A stretch of 64,000 nucleotides of DNA from assembly GCA_001782475.1 (NCBI GenBank), contig MFOT01000024.1, positions 42,578 to 106,577 on the forward strand. Direction: 5' to 3'. Position numbers and translations under genes: made by a program. This document shows positions 39,780 through 49,524 of the stretch, piece after piece (within the stretch, counting starts at the first letter, position 1; every line of letters begins with the position of its first letter). This DNA is from Candidatus Levybacteria bacterium RIFCSPLOWO2_01_FULL_38_21. Its GTDB lineage: Bacteria; Patescibacteriota; Microgenomatia; Levybacterales; UBA12049. The notes under the pieces were generated by a model. It was given only the letters and a program-made list of their open reading frames with translations, had not been told where the DNA came from and made no database searches.

Positions 39780-40109
39780 TTACTCTATTGAAACCTTTTT
39801 TCCAAGAGGACCGATCAGGTGAAAATGGAGATGATTTATAATCTGCGCACCGCCCCCATTTACAATAATTTTGTATCCTCTGTCTTCCAGTTTTTGATTT
39901 TTGATTAATTTTTGGATAACAGTTTTTAATTTACCAAAAAGCAGATTGTCTTCGAGATCCAAAAAATCTACGATGTGTTTCTTGGGCATAATAAGAAGGT
40001 GGACAGGCGCGATCGGATTAATGTCCGGAAAAACCATCATTTCTTGATCTTTGTATATAAATTCTTTTAGAATTTCTTTCTTTGCGATTTTGCAAAAAAT
40101 ACAATCCAT
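39780..40109 (-). CDS. HIT family nucleotide hydrolase
   Basis: MDCIFCKI, HLHFHLIG; start moved to ATG 40109. Confidence 0.92.
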   Translation of the reverse strand: MDCIFCKIAKKEILKEFIYKDQEMMVFPDINPIAPVHLLIMPKKHIVDFLDLEDNLLFGKLKTVIQKLIKNQKLEDRGYKIIVNGGGAQIINHLHFHLIGPLGKKVSIE

Positions 40110-40141
40110 AAGCCAGTTACTAGCCACTAGTTGCTAGTTGC

Positions 40142-41089
40142 TTAAATCTTTTCCAATACTTTAATTATTTCTGTCAAAGATAGCTTCGTTGGCTTCATTT
40201 TTGGATTTTTGACAGAGCCGTTTAAAAGCATTTTCCGACCGATATGAAGAAACCAAGTTGCTTGAGGGTCCATTTTTTTTAATCTTTCATAAACTAACGT
40301 CAAATCTATATTCTTGTTGATTGTTGATTGTTGATTGTTGATTGTTGATAAAGGCTTTGCCTTTATCCTAACATACCCTTTTCGCGGGTCTTTGCGAACA
40401 ACAATTACATATCCCATTTTTTGAGACAATTTTATAACGGTGTCATTAATCGTTTCAAAACCTATTCCACGGCCGTACCGCGTTTTAAATTTTTTTCCTT
40501 TTTCTTTAATCTCCCGCTCTGCCCAAATTCTGTTTTCAAATTCGTGCAAAACCGCATCAAGGCATTGCATTACGAAACCTACATAATATTCATCCTGATC
40601 GGGCCTTTGAACCTTAAGTCCATCTAAAATGCCTACTAGAGAAAATTCATGGTAATCCGCCGTTGGGTCTTTCCAAAAAACTTCTTTAAAATGATCAACA
40701 TCCACAACTACCTTAACCATTCTTCCTACAGCTTCCATCCGGTCTTTTACTCCTTCTGAACTCTGAATTCTGAACTCTGAATTCTGAACTCGTTTGACGA
40801 AGTCAAACGTAAGGCTTGCCGCACACACATTTGTATCGGCTACTTGATGATGATCCAAAGGACCAAGGCCCGTATCTACATGAATAACCTCATCATCTCC
40901 TATTTTCTCTATCGCATTGCGCGGGGAGCCCCGCCCGGGCGGGGCGACCTCAGCGCTTTTTCCAATTCGTTCTCCGGCTGGAACGAATCGGACGACCGCA
41001 TCTTCCCATCCCGGTAAAAATCTTTTTATAAGCCAAACAGAAGTTATCGCATCCAAATCCGGCGAACTATGCCCAATTATAATTTTCAT
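40142..41089 (-). CDS. DHH/MYG1-like phosphoesterase
   Basis: HSSPDLDA, VDTG..LDHHQ, CAASL. Confidence 0.6.
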   Translation of the reverse strand: MKIIIGHSSPDLDAITSVWLIKRFLPGWEDAVVRFVPAGERIGKSAEVAPPGRGSPRNAIEKIGDDEVIHVDTGLGPLDHHQVADTNVCAASLTFDFVKRVQNSEFRIQSSEGVKDRMEAVGRMVKVVVDVDHFKEVFWKDPTADYHEFSLVGILDGLKVQRPDQDEYYVGFVMQCLDAVLHEFENRIWAEREIKEKGKKFKTRYGRGIGFETINDTVIKLSQKMGYVIVVRKDPRKGYVRIKAKPLSTINNQQSTINKNIDLTLVYERLKKMDPQATWFLHIGRKMLLNGSVKNPKMKPTKLSLTEIIKVLEKI

Positions 41090-41194
41090 AAATTAAACTC
41101 AATAGTAAATGGTCGATTGTAAATTGTCAATTGTTAATTGTCGATGGCGGGGTTGACAAAAATAAAAAAATGAACCAATATATAATTACAGAGT

Positions 41195-41452
41195 ATGAAT
41201 CCTAAAACTGCGGATTTAGATCCAAAACTTAAAGAGACCTATGAGCGGGTAATGGGGACAGTAACTCCTACAGCATCAAATATGCCTCAAGCATCAACTG
41301 ATACTCCAAAACCTCAAACTCAAGTGGTTACGGCTAAGAACAGGGGAAGACTTTCTCCCATTCTTCTTGCGATTGTAATTGTTTTGTTTTTTATAATCTA
41401 TACTTTTGTCTGGACAATAGTTTTTAAACTAAAACTCCCCTTCTTACCCTAA
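41195..41452 (+). CDS. Small membrane protein
   Basis: C-terminal TM helix; TATAAT shortly before ATG. Confidence 0.6.
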   Translation: MNPKTADLDPKLKETYERVMGTVTPTASNMPQASTDTPKPQTQVVTAKNRGRLSPILLAIVIVLFFIIYTFVWTIVFKLKLPFLP

Positions 41453-42700
41453 TCGTTTAATCGCTTGATCCACAGAAATAATCTCTGTCTTATCTTCATC
41501 TCTTTTTTTCCATTCCACTTGTCCTCCAGAGACTTTATCTGAGATTACAAGCCGAACGGGAATTCCGATTAAATCCGCATCCGCAAATTTCTCTCCAGCA
41601 CTCACATCTTCTCTATCATCATAAAGAACCTCAACTCCTGTTTTCACAAGCTTATCGTACACCTCGGAGGTGGCCGACTCGCCCGGCGAAGCCTTGGCGA
41701 AGCGAGGATGGACTCCTCCGAGGTGGATTAAATGGACCTGATAGGGCGCAACAGATTTTGGCCAAACAATCCCTTTTTTATCGTTGTGAACTTCAGCAAT
41801 TGCTCCCATTGTTCTTGATATTCCTATCCCATAACAACCCATAACAACATATTTTTCTTTTCCGCTTTTATCTTTAAAAGTAAGTCCGAATGCTTTGGAA
41901 AATTTGTCTTTAAGAGGAAAAATATTTCCTACCTCGATTGTCTTTACTTTTTTCAAAGGTCCATGGCCAAGATCACATTCCTTGCCTTCCTTAACTTTGG
42001 TGATTTCTGAATTTTGCGAAAAATCTCCGCTGGGACAATAAATAATCTCATCTTCTCCGTTCCCACAGATAACCTGAAACTCATGGGAAAATTTGGAAAA
42101 TGTCCCGCCTGAAGCAAGTGTTTCTATAGCATTAAGCCCCAATCTTGAAAAAGTTTTTTTATAGACCTTTTTCATCAGCTCATAATAATCCACTAGATCT
42201 TTTTCGCTTTGGTGGAATGAATAAAGATCTTTCATAAGAAATTCTCTTCCTCTTAAAAGTCCTGCCTTCGATCTTGCCTCATCCCGAAATTTATTCTGAA
42301 TTTGATAAAGTTTTAACGGAAGATCTCTGTATGAATTCGCAAAGTTTTTTACCAGAGGCACTAAGACCTCTTCATGAGTAGGACCTAAGGCATACTCAAA
42401 ATCATATCTGCTTTTAACTTTAAAAAGCGCGTCAAAAGAATCCCACCTTCCGGTTTTTTCCCAATTTGCTTTATTTTGAAAGGAAACTAATAGAAGTTCC
42501 TGCGCTCCTGTATTATCCATCTCATCCCGTATAATATTTGAGATTTTATTTAATACCCTAAGTCCTAAAGGCAGAAAATTATAAACTCCGGCAACTTCTT
42601 TTCTTATAAATCCTGCCTGAATTAACAATCGTGCATTTACCGAAGATTCATCTTTGGGGGATTCTTTTATTGTTTTACCAAAAAGCTTTGAATATAGCAT
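41444..42700 (-). CDS. proS: Proline--tRNA ligase (short form without editing domain)
   Basis: LGPTHEE, KFRDE.R...LRGREFLMKDLYSF, IEVGNIF, MGCYGIG; start probably 42700. Confidence 0.95.
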   Translation of the reverse strand: MLYSKLFGKTIKESPKDESSVNARLLIQAGFIRKEVAGVYNFLPLGLRVLNKISNIIRDEMDNTGAQELLLVSFQNKANWEKTGRWDSFDALFKVKSRYDFEYALGPTHEEVLVPLVKNFANSYRDLPLKLYQIQNKFRDEARSKAGLLRGREFLMKDLYSFHQSEKDLVDYYELMKKVYKKTFSRLGLNAIETLASGGTFSKFSHEFQVICGNGEDEIIYCPSGDFSQNSEITKVKEGKECDLGHGPLKKVKTIEVGNIFPLKDKFSKAFGLTFKDKSGKEKYVVMGCYGIGISRTMGAIAEVHNDKKGIVWPKSVAPYQVHLIHLGGVHPRFAKASPGESATSEVYDKLVKTGVEVLYDDREDVSAGEKFADADLIGIPVRLVISDKVSGGQVEWKKRDEDKTEIISVDQAIKRLG

Positions 42701-42743
42701 AGAATATCCTGAGTTTACCGAAGGATAAAACGAGTATAGCATA

Positions 42744-43724
42744 TTATTTCTTCTTAACTTCCCTGCCCTGAGCTTTTATCCTGAGCGGAGTCGAAGGATG
42801 CCGAATGGGGTGGCCGCCGAAAGCGTTTCGAAGAGCAGAAATCATTTTTGCGGTAAAGGAATTTTGAATTTTTGGATTCTCTTGAGATCTTTTTCTAAAA
42901 TCAAGCGATCTTTCAATAATCTCAACCGGGACGTTTTCTTCTTTCGCCTGATCAATCGTCCAATCTGCTTCTCCCGAGCTTTCGATAAAACCTGAAGATT
43001 TTGATAAATTCGGATCTTTTTTTAAAACATCGACTACCCTATCAAGCATAAAGCCTGAAACCAGTGTCCCTTTTTGCCAAAGCTTTGCAACTTTAAGAAG
43101 ATCAAATTCGTACGGAGCTTTTTCTAAAACCTCAAACCCTTCCGAAAGACTTTGCATAATTCCATATTCTATTCCGTTATGAACCATTTTTATAAAGTGT
43201 CCTGCTCCTCCCTCTCCAAAATATTCATATCCTCCATTGGGTTTTGAGAGAGTATCCAAAATTGTAGTGATGTATTGATACGCTGAGACATCGCCGCCGA
43301 CCATTAGAGGGTATCCAGTTTTTTCGGCAATAATTCCCCCCGAAACTCCAATTCCCAAAAATCTTATCCCTTTTATCTTTAACTGCCTATATCTTCTTGC
43401 AGTATCTTTAAAATAAGAATTTCCTCCATCTATAATAATATCTTCTGTTTCTATAAATTTGACAACTTCATTTAAAGTACTCTCTGTTACGGAACCTGCC
43501 GGAAGCATTAACCAAATAACTCTTGGTTTTTCAAGACTTTTAACCATCCACTCTATAGTTTTAAATAGTCTGTATTTTGCGCCTTTAAAAGAAGCCAGTT
43601 TCGCTTCTAATTTTTTAAAAGGCTCCTCTGATCTATTCCATATTGAAACTTCGTGTCCGTCCAAGATAAGTTTTGCCACTATCCGACTTCCCATTTTTCC
43701 AAGTCCAATAAACCCGACTTTCAT
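42744..43724 (-). CDS. gnd: 6-phosphogluconate dehydrogenase, decarboxylating, short form
   Basis: GLGKMG, IDGGNS, GVSGG, AGHFIKMVHNGIEYG, LRNAFGGH. Confidence 0.95.
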   Translation of the reverse strand: MKVGFIGLGKMGSRIVAKLILDGHEVSIWNRSEEPFKKLEAKLASFKGAKYRLFKTIEWMVKSLEKPRVIWLMLPAGSVTESTLNEVVKFIETEDIIIDGGNSYFKDTARRYRQLKIKGIRFLGIGVSGGIIAEKTGYPLMVGGDVSAYQYITTILDTLSKPNGGYEYFGEGGAGHFIKMVHNGIEYGIMQSLSEGFEVLEKAPYEFDLLKVAKLWQKGTLVSGFMLDRVVDVLKKDPNLSKSSGFIESSGEADWTIDQAKEENVPVEIIERSLDFRKRSQENPKIQNSFTAKMISALRNAFGGHPIRHPSTPLRIKAQGREVKKK

Positions 43725-43804
43725 AATTTCTAATTACTCCAATTCCTAATCAAATCTCAAATTTTATCAGTATTTATTCACTATTCTTAAATCTCAAATC
43801 TTAT

Positions 43805-45232
43805 TTAGAGCCATTTTCGCCCGTCTCTGTCGATAAGCTCTTGTGCTTCTTTTGGACCCCAAGTCCCAGGCGTATAAATTTTCAATTTAGAACCGTCTTC
43901 CTCCCATCCCTTTAAAATTTTTGTTATAAACTCCCAAGAACTTGCCAGCTCATCTGATCTATTAAAAAGCATCTGATCGCCTGAGAAAATGTCGATGAGC
44001 ACTTTCTCGTAAGCTTCCGTCCCTTTTGTCATGAACGATTCTTCATAAGTAAAATGCATATCTGCAGTTTCTAAAGCAAGTTTTGACCCGGGCTTTTTTG
44101 CAATAACTCGAAGATAAATCCCCTCATCGGGCTGAATTTTTATTGTCAACACATTTCCCATCTCAGGGCATCCGTATTCTTTAAACAATATGTGGCAGGT
44201 TTGAAGAAAGACAATTGAAATTGTTACCTCATCTTTTGGCATTTTTTTACCAGCTCTTACATAAAACGGGACTCCTGAGAGTCTTTCTGATTCGATATTG
44301 AACTTAAAAGCAACAAAAGTTTCGGTATTTGAGCCAGGCAATACATCTTTCTCTTTTATATAATCTTGATACTGACCCCTAACTACTTCTTTTGCTACTT
44401 CCTTGGGCTCAATGCATTTTATCGATCTTATTACTCTTGCTCTTTCGTCTCTTAAGTCTTCTTTTGTAAAACTTTTTGGCATTTCCATGCCAACTGCTGC
44501 AATAAGCTGCATCAAATGATTTTGCCCCACATCCCGAAGTATTCCCACTCCGTCAAAAAACTTCCCTCTTGCCTCAACCCCTTTTTTCTCGGCAAATGTT
44601 ATCTGCACATGGTCTATAAAGTTTTTATTCCAAACAGGTTCAAAAATTCCGTTCGCAAAGCGGAAGGCAAGCATATTCTGTAAAGTCTCTTTCCCCAGAT
44701 AATGATCTACTCTAAAGATTTGTTTTTCCTCAAAAATTTTTGAGAGTTTTTTATCTAAAGTTATTGCGGTTTCCAGATCTTTTCCAAAAGGTTTTTCGAT
44801 GATTACACGCGTCCATTTGTTTGATCCCTGACCGCAACCTTCGGCAAGTTCTGTGGATGAGAGAAAATTTAAAATCATTTCATAATTCTCTGGAGGCGTT
44901 GCGAGATAAAAAAATCGAGTGATACAAGCTCCCATTTTCTTATCGAATGAGTTTAATTTTTTAATAAGCCCTAGATATCCTTGCTCTTTTGTAAAATCTC
45001 CTTTTTGATAATAGAGATGCTTTGAAAAATCTGACCATTCCGGCTTTTGAGAAAGTTCCCCAAAATGCTCTCTGAATTCATCATCTGAAAGCTCTCGTCT
45101 TGAAAAACCAACAATATAAAAATCTTTTGGCAAAAAGTTTTGATTAAAAAGAGTAAGAAGAGCCGGCATAAGGCGGTTTTGAGACAAATCTCCGGTTGCG
45201 CCAAAAATAACCATTACAAAAGCTGATTGCAT
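43805..45232 (-). CDS. zwf: Glucose-6-phosphate dehydrogenase
   Basis: GATGDL, EKPFG, RVDHYLGKE. Confidence 0.97.
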   Translation of the reverse strand: MQSAFVMVIFGATGDLSQNRLMPALLTLFNQNFLPKDFYIVGFSRRELSDDEFREHFGELSQKPEWSDFSKHLYYQKGDFTKEQGYLGLIKKLNSFDKKMGACITRFFYLATPPENYEMILNFLSSTELAEGCGQGSNKWTRVIIEKPFGKDLETAITLDKKLSKIFEEKQIFRVDHYLGKETLQNMLAFRFANGIFEPVWNKNFIDHVQITFAEKKGVEARGKFFDGVGILRDVGQNHLMQLIAAVGMEMPKSFTKEDLRDERARVIRSIKCIEPKEVAKEVVRGQYQDYIKEKDVLPGSNTETFVAFKFNIESERLSGVPFYVRAGKKMPKDEVTISIVFLQTCHILFKEYGCPEMGNVLTIKIQPDEGIYLRVIAKKPGSKLALETADMHFTYEESFMTKGTEAYEKVLIDIFSGDQMLFNRSDELASSWEFITKILKGWEEDGSKLKIYTPGTWGPKEAQELIDRDGRKWL

Positions 45233-45304
45233 ATTTATAATTTACTATTGACTATATACCATTTTAAATCATAAATGGTCAATGATAAATGGTCAATTAT
45301 ATTT

Positions 45305-46135
45305 CTATAACTTTTGATCTGTAATTAAAAGAGTTTTTTTGGAAACTTGGGGAGTTTTTAGAAATCTAGCCGGAATTTCTTCTATTGGTCCTTTCGAAAA
45401 CAAAAGCTCTAAGGCCTTCTTCTTTTCCTTTCCAAAAACAAGAAGAATTAAAAGATCCATTTTTGAAAGGGCATGAATTGTCAAAGTGATTCTTTCCCCA
45501 AAGCCAAAAGGCGGAGCCGGAGAACCTTCTTTTGACATTGACTTAGGATCTCTAAATTCCGAAACAAATAAATTTTTTCTTTCTCTTTTGAAAAGTGGAT
45601 TTTTAAAGTCAGGCCGATTTGGAGCGATACTTGCAGTATGACCATCGACTCCTAGGCCTAAAATCGAAATGCATTTTGGAAATTGTGTAAATAATTGACT
45701 CACAATGCTATTATATCTCTCCGCCACCTTCCTTCTTTTCCTCATATTTGTATCTCCACCCTTGGGGTGGAATCGTAGGTCTTGGTGAAGGATTGGGAAA
45801 AACGGAATGTGCTCAGATGCAAAATAACCAAGAAGTCCTGTTTTCTTAATTGATAGTTCATTGCTTATCCTATGAAGCGCTGGCCCAAATCGCTCATCTA
45901 CCATCGCAACTGTCCCGGGTTTTAAAATTTTCTCTTTTGCTAAGATTTGGTATAGAGGTTTTGGGGTGGACCCGCCTGACAAAAACAAAACAGTTCTTTC
46001 ATCAACAATTTTATATATCTCCCTTTTTGCAAGCTCAACCCCTGGGGTTGAGCCGTAAACTTTAAGTATTGAAATCCCATCTTTATTGTTGACCCCGATT
46101 GAATCGAGGTTGACTTTTGAACTTAAATTTTTCAC
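45305..46135 (-). CDS. pgl: 6-phosphogluconolactonase
   Basis: LSGGSTP, VDER, GLGVDGHTAS, ERITLT; adjacent to zwf; start uncertain. Confidence 0.85.
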   Translation of the reverse strand: MKNLSSKVNLDSIGVNNKDGISILKVYGSTPGVELAKREIYKIVDERTVLFLSGGSTPKPLYQILAKEKILKPGTVAMVDERFGPALHRISNELSIKKTGLLGYFASEHIPFFPILHQDLRFHPKGGDTNMRKRRKVAERYNSIVSQLFTQFPKCISILGLGVDGHTASIAPNRPDFKNPLFKRERKNLFVSEFRDPKSMSKEGSPAPPFGFGERITLTIHALSKMDLLILLVFGKEKKKALELLFSKGPIEEIPARFLKTPQVSKKTLLITDQKL

Positions 46136-46161
46136 TTTTAATTTTTAATTTTTAATTTATT

Positions 46162-47277
46162 TTATGGTTTTGGAAGAATTGGCTGGCCAGAGATAAAACG
46201 AATAATATCGCTTAGGGTAATAGCTGCGATTAAGGCAAGAAGAATTGCCATTCCAATTGCGTGCGCATAACTTTCAAATTTTGTAGAAACTTTTCTGCCT
46301 GTTACGGCTTCTATTAGAATAAAAAAAAGTCTTCCCCCATCAAGCGCCGGAATCGGCAAGATATTCAAAATCGCAAGATTCAAAGACAGGAGCGATACAA
46401 AAGATAAAACCGCCAAAGGACCTATTGCTACAAACTGTCCGGTTAATTGAGCAATTCCAACAGGTCCTGCAACTCCTTTTGGCGCTTGTGCATGGACAAG
46501 TAACTGATAAACAATTCCTGCAAGACCCGACAAAATAAGCCAAGAGTATTTAAGAGCTTCTAAGAGCCCTACAAACGGTGCTTGATATAGTGAATATTTT
46601 TTAGTAATAACATTGGAAGTTATTCCTACTCCCATTGGTCCTTGATCGGATGGATAATTTTTTCGCGGAATTACCTCTACATTTCTTTCTTTTTTAGATT
46701 TGTCTAAAACTCTGAGAGCTAATTTCTGCCCTAAATGCTGTTTTGTGACTGATACTAATTGAGAAGGGCTTGTAATTTTTTCACTATTGATAGTAACAAT
46801 CTGATCTCCTGTTTTAAGTCCCGCTTTTTGAGCAGGAGAATCCTTTACTATCTCTGTTATAAAAACCTTATCGCCGGGAGTCTGGACGCCTGATATTCCA
46901 TAAAAATAAGTGAGTATAAAAACTGCTAAAAGAAAATTCATTACAACCCCAGCTATTACAACCAATGCTCTTTGCCAAACAGGTCTTGAGAAGAATGCTC
47001 TTTGAGCATCTTCAACTTTCAACTTTCCACTTTCAACTTTCAACTTTCCGCCGCCAGCGCTGTCTTCTCCGTAAAGTTTTACAAATCCTCCGATAGGCAA
47101 AAAGTTTATTGAATATATTGTTTCTCCTCTTTTTATTCCGAACGCTCGGGGCGGAAGACCAAATCCAAATTCCTCAACTCTTATCCCTAACTTTTTCGCC
47201 ACAAAAAAATGCCCCGCCTCATGTATTAGAACGAGAACCGTCAATATTATCAAAAAAACTAAAATTGTTATTAGCAT
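46162..47277 (-). CDS. rseP: RIP metalloprotease RseP
   Basis: HEAGH, PDZ, NILPIPALDGG. Confidence 0.93.
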   Translation of the reverse strand: MLITILVFLIILTVLVLIHEAGHFFVAKKLGIRVEEFGFGLPPRAFGIKRGETIYSINFLPIGGFVKLYGEDSAGGGKLKVESGKLKVEDAQRAFFSRPVWQRALVVIAGVVMNFLLAVFILTYFYGISGVQTPGDKVFITEIVKDSPAQKAGLKTGDQIVTINSEKITSPSQLVSVTKQHLGQKLALRVLDKSKKERNVEVIPRKNYPSDQGPMGVGITSNVITKKYSLYQAPFVGLLEALKYSWLILSGLAGIVYQLLVHAQAPKGVAGPVGIAQLTGQFVAIGPLAVLSFVSLLSLNLAILNILPIPALDGGRLFFILIEAVTGRKVSTKFESYAHAIGMAILLALIAAITLSDIIRFISGQPILPKP

Positions 47278-47285
47278 AAAATTTA

Positions 47286-47410
47286 AGTCAAAAGGCAAAA
47301 GTCAAAGGTCAAAAGTTAAAGTAAAAAGTTAAAAGTTTTTGAATTTTGAATTGCTCTTCGGTCTTGAGCTCAGGGTCGAAAGATAATTTTGAATTTTGCA
47401 TTTTGAATTT
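47286..47410. repeat. Inverted 7-bp-periodic element with nested REP-like hairpin
   Basis: GTCAAAA/GTTAAAA arm facing TTTTGAA arm; TCTTCGGTCTTGAGCTCAGGGTCGAAAGA inside. Confidence 0.7.
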
Positions 47411-47970
47411 TAAATTTGGAGGAGTTCTTCTTCTTTTTTCTTCCCCATTCCCTCAATATCTTCCATGAGTTCATCTGTCAGTTTTTGAACTTCTTTTTCC
47501 ATTCTTCCCGCCTCATCTTCTGAGATTGACTTATTGTTTTGCTGTTTTTTAATATCGGCCATTGCCTCATGTCTTACTTGGCGAACCATAATCCTCCCGT
47601 TCTCAAGTTTTTGTTTCATTAAATGGATTAGCTCCTGACGCCTCTCCTCAGATAATCTTGGGATAGAAATTCTTATTATCTGTCCATCAATTACGGGATT
47701 TAAGCCAAGATTTGCTTCAAGAATTCCTTTTTGAATTTCTCCGATTATTGAATGGTCAAAAGGAGTAACAGCGAGGGTCTGCGGATCAGATGTTGTAATA
47801 GTTGTAAGCTCCATTACTTTAAGTCTTTGAGTTGCGCCATATGCATTTATAACTATATTTTCTACAAGAGAAGGGGCTGCCCGCCCGGTTCGAACTGTTG
47901 AAAGATCATTTCTTACAACCTCAAGTATCTTGTTCATTTTTGACCGGGCATCCGCAATTAGCTGATCCAT
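47410..47970 (-). CDS. frr: Ribosome recycling factor
   Basis: VRTGRA, NLGLNP, LSEERR. Confidence 0.96.
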   Translation of the reverse strand: MDQLIADARSKMNKILEVVRNDLSTVRTGRAAPSLVENIVINAYGATQRLKVMELTTITTSDPQTLAVTPFDHSIIGEIQKGILEANLGLNPVIDGQIIRISIPRLSEERRQELIHLMKQKLENGRIMVRQVRHEAMADIKKQQNNKSISEDEAGRMEKEVQKLTDELMEDIEGMGKKKEEELLQI

Positions 47971-48009
47971 TTGAGAAAAAGTATACGACAGATCCTGTGA
48001 TTTAGCAAA

Positions 48010-48462
48010 TTAAATTTCGAATCTCTCAAACCTTTTGAGAACAATATTTTCCCCAAGCCTTGAGATTGCTTGTTTTATAAAATCTTGAATCGTTAAGGAT
48101 GGGTCTCTTATGTATTCTTGCTTAAGGAGTGAGTTAACATCCCTAGGTTTCATTGCGGCAATCTGCATTGCAATTTCGTGCGCTAAGTTTTTAAATTCAC
48201 TTGTTCTTGCAACAAAATCAGTCTCGCACAAAAGCTCAACTATTGCTCCAACTTTTCCGTTTTGATGGATGTAGCTTTCGATAATTCCCTGAGCAGTTTT
48301 TCTATCTCTTTTCTTCTCTGCCTTTTTAATACCATGTTTTTTAATCCACGCAAGAGCTTTTTTATAATCGTTATTCGTCTCTTCCAAAGCTTTTCTTAAA
48401 TCCACAATTGATACAGATGTTTCATTTCTTAACTGCTTTAATAACTTAATGTCTGTCTTCAT
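48010..48462 (-). CDS. tsf: Elongation factor Ts, very short form
   Basis: KQLRNET, CETDFVAR, HEIAMQIAA, LGENI. Confidence 0.93.
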   Translation of the reverse strand: MKTDIKLLKQLRNETSVSIVDLRKALEETNNDYKKALAWIKKHGIKKAEKKRDRKTAQGIIESYIHQNGKVGAIVELLCETDFVARTSEFKNLAHEIAMQIAAMKPRDVNSLLKQEYIRDPSLTIQDFIKQAISRLGENIVLKRFERFEI

Positions 48463-48465
48463 ATT

Positions 48466-49350
48466 TTACTTTTTACTTCTCGCCCTGAGCGAAGCCGAAG
48501 GGTTGACTTTTGTTTTTGGCCTTCGGTCTTTAACTTTTGACACCGCTGAACTTTTACTCTTTATCTCTTTCTTTTCTTCTTTATTTTTTAATTTCTCGCC
48601 CTGAGCTTGTCGAATGGGTTCTTTTTCATTTTTTATTTTATTCCGCCCCTCAATCCATGCATCTATTATATAACTTGTTATAAGTTTTATCGATCCTGTC
48701 GCATCATCGTTTGCCGGAATTGGATAATCAATAATTTCGGGGTTTGCGTTTGTATCAACGATTGCGACTGTTGTAACGCCCATTTTTCTTGCCTCATCAA
48801 TTACCAAGTCTTCAAGATGAGAGTCTATTACAAATACTGCATCCGGAATTTTTTTAAGATCTGCGATTCCTCCGTATAATAATGCGAGTTTTTGCCTTTC
48901 CTTTTCCCAGAGCCCTATCTCTTTCTTAGTATATTTTGATCTTTCTTCCTCACTTCTAAGTTTTTCGGCAAGATCTTTCAATTTTTTAAAGTTCTTTGCA
49001 ACCTCGGAAAAATTAGTAAGCGTTCCGCCTACCCATCTTTCTGTTACATAAAAAATTTGATTTTCTATTTTACCTGAAGATTGCTGTTTTGCCTTTTTAA
49101 CTTCTTCCTCCACAACCGACCGGGCTTGTCTTTTTGTTCCAACAACAATTAAGCTTCCGTTTTTTTGCGAAAGATTGAAAATAAATTTTCCAGCTTCTTC
49201 AAGACCTGCTTTGGTTTTGGTAAGATCAACTATATGAATATTATCGCGGGCTTCAAAGATGTAGTCTCGGGCTTTTGGATTTCCGCGCGTTACCTGATGT
49301 CCAAAATGGCATCCTGCCTCAAGAAGTTCTTCAAGCGTAATTTCCCTCAT
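48466..49350 (-). CDS. rpsB: 30S ribosomal protein S2
   Basis: LLEAGCHFGH, RWVGGTLTNF, DTN, PANDD; start at ATG 49350. Confidence 0.96.
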   Translation of the reverse strand: MREITLEELLEAGCHFGHQVTRGNPKARDYIFEARDNIHIVDLTKTKAGLEEAGKFIFNLSQKNGSLIVVGTKRQARSVVEEEVKKAKQQSSGKIENQIFYVTERWVGGTLTNFSEVAKNFKKLKDLAEKLRSEEERSKYTKKEIGLWEKERQKLALLYGGIADLKKIPDAVFVIDSHLEDLVIDEARKMGVTTVAIVDTNANPEIIDYPIPANDDATGSIKLITSYIIDAWIEGRNKIKNEKEPIRQAQGEKLKNKEEKKEIKSKSSAVSKVKDRRPKTKVNPSASLRARSKK

Positions 49351-49357
49351 AATCCTT

Positions 49358-49420
49358 AACCTCCGTCCTAAAAGTTTTAAATCAGGATTATTCTGAATAG
49401 GACGTGTATAATAGTAGCAA
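49358..49420 (-). promoter_or_regulatory. rpsB leader (t44-like autoregulatory structure)
   Basis: ACACGTCCTA...TAGGACG stem followed by GAGG directly upstream of rpsB. Confidence 0.5.
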
Positions 49421-49524
49421 TAATACAAAAAATTAGCAGAAAAAACAACAAGTAAAATTATACAAATATTGACAACCAAAAAAAACATAACTACGATAGA
49501 TATTGCTGGTTAACGAAGTCTAAA

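Noticed and set aside
48466-49488. Long N-terminal extensions in the ORF track (rpsB, csoR, 19140, 14801, 56894, 57708, 61095)
   Set aside because: Extensions run through promoters, leaders or neighbouring genes; downstream ATGs match family N-termini
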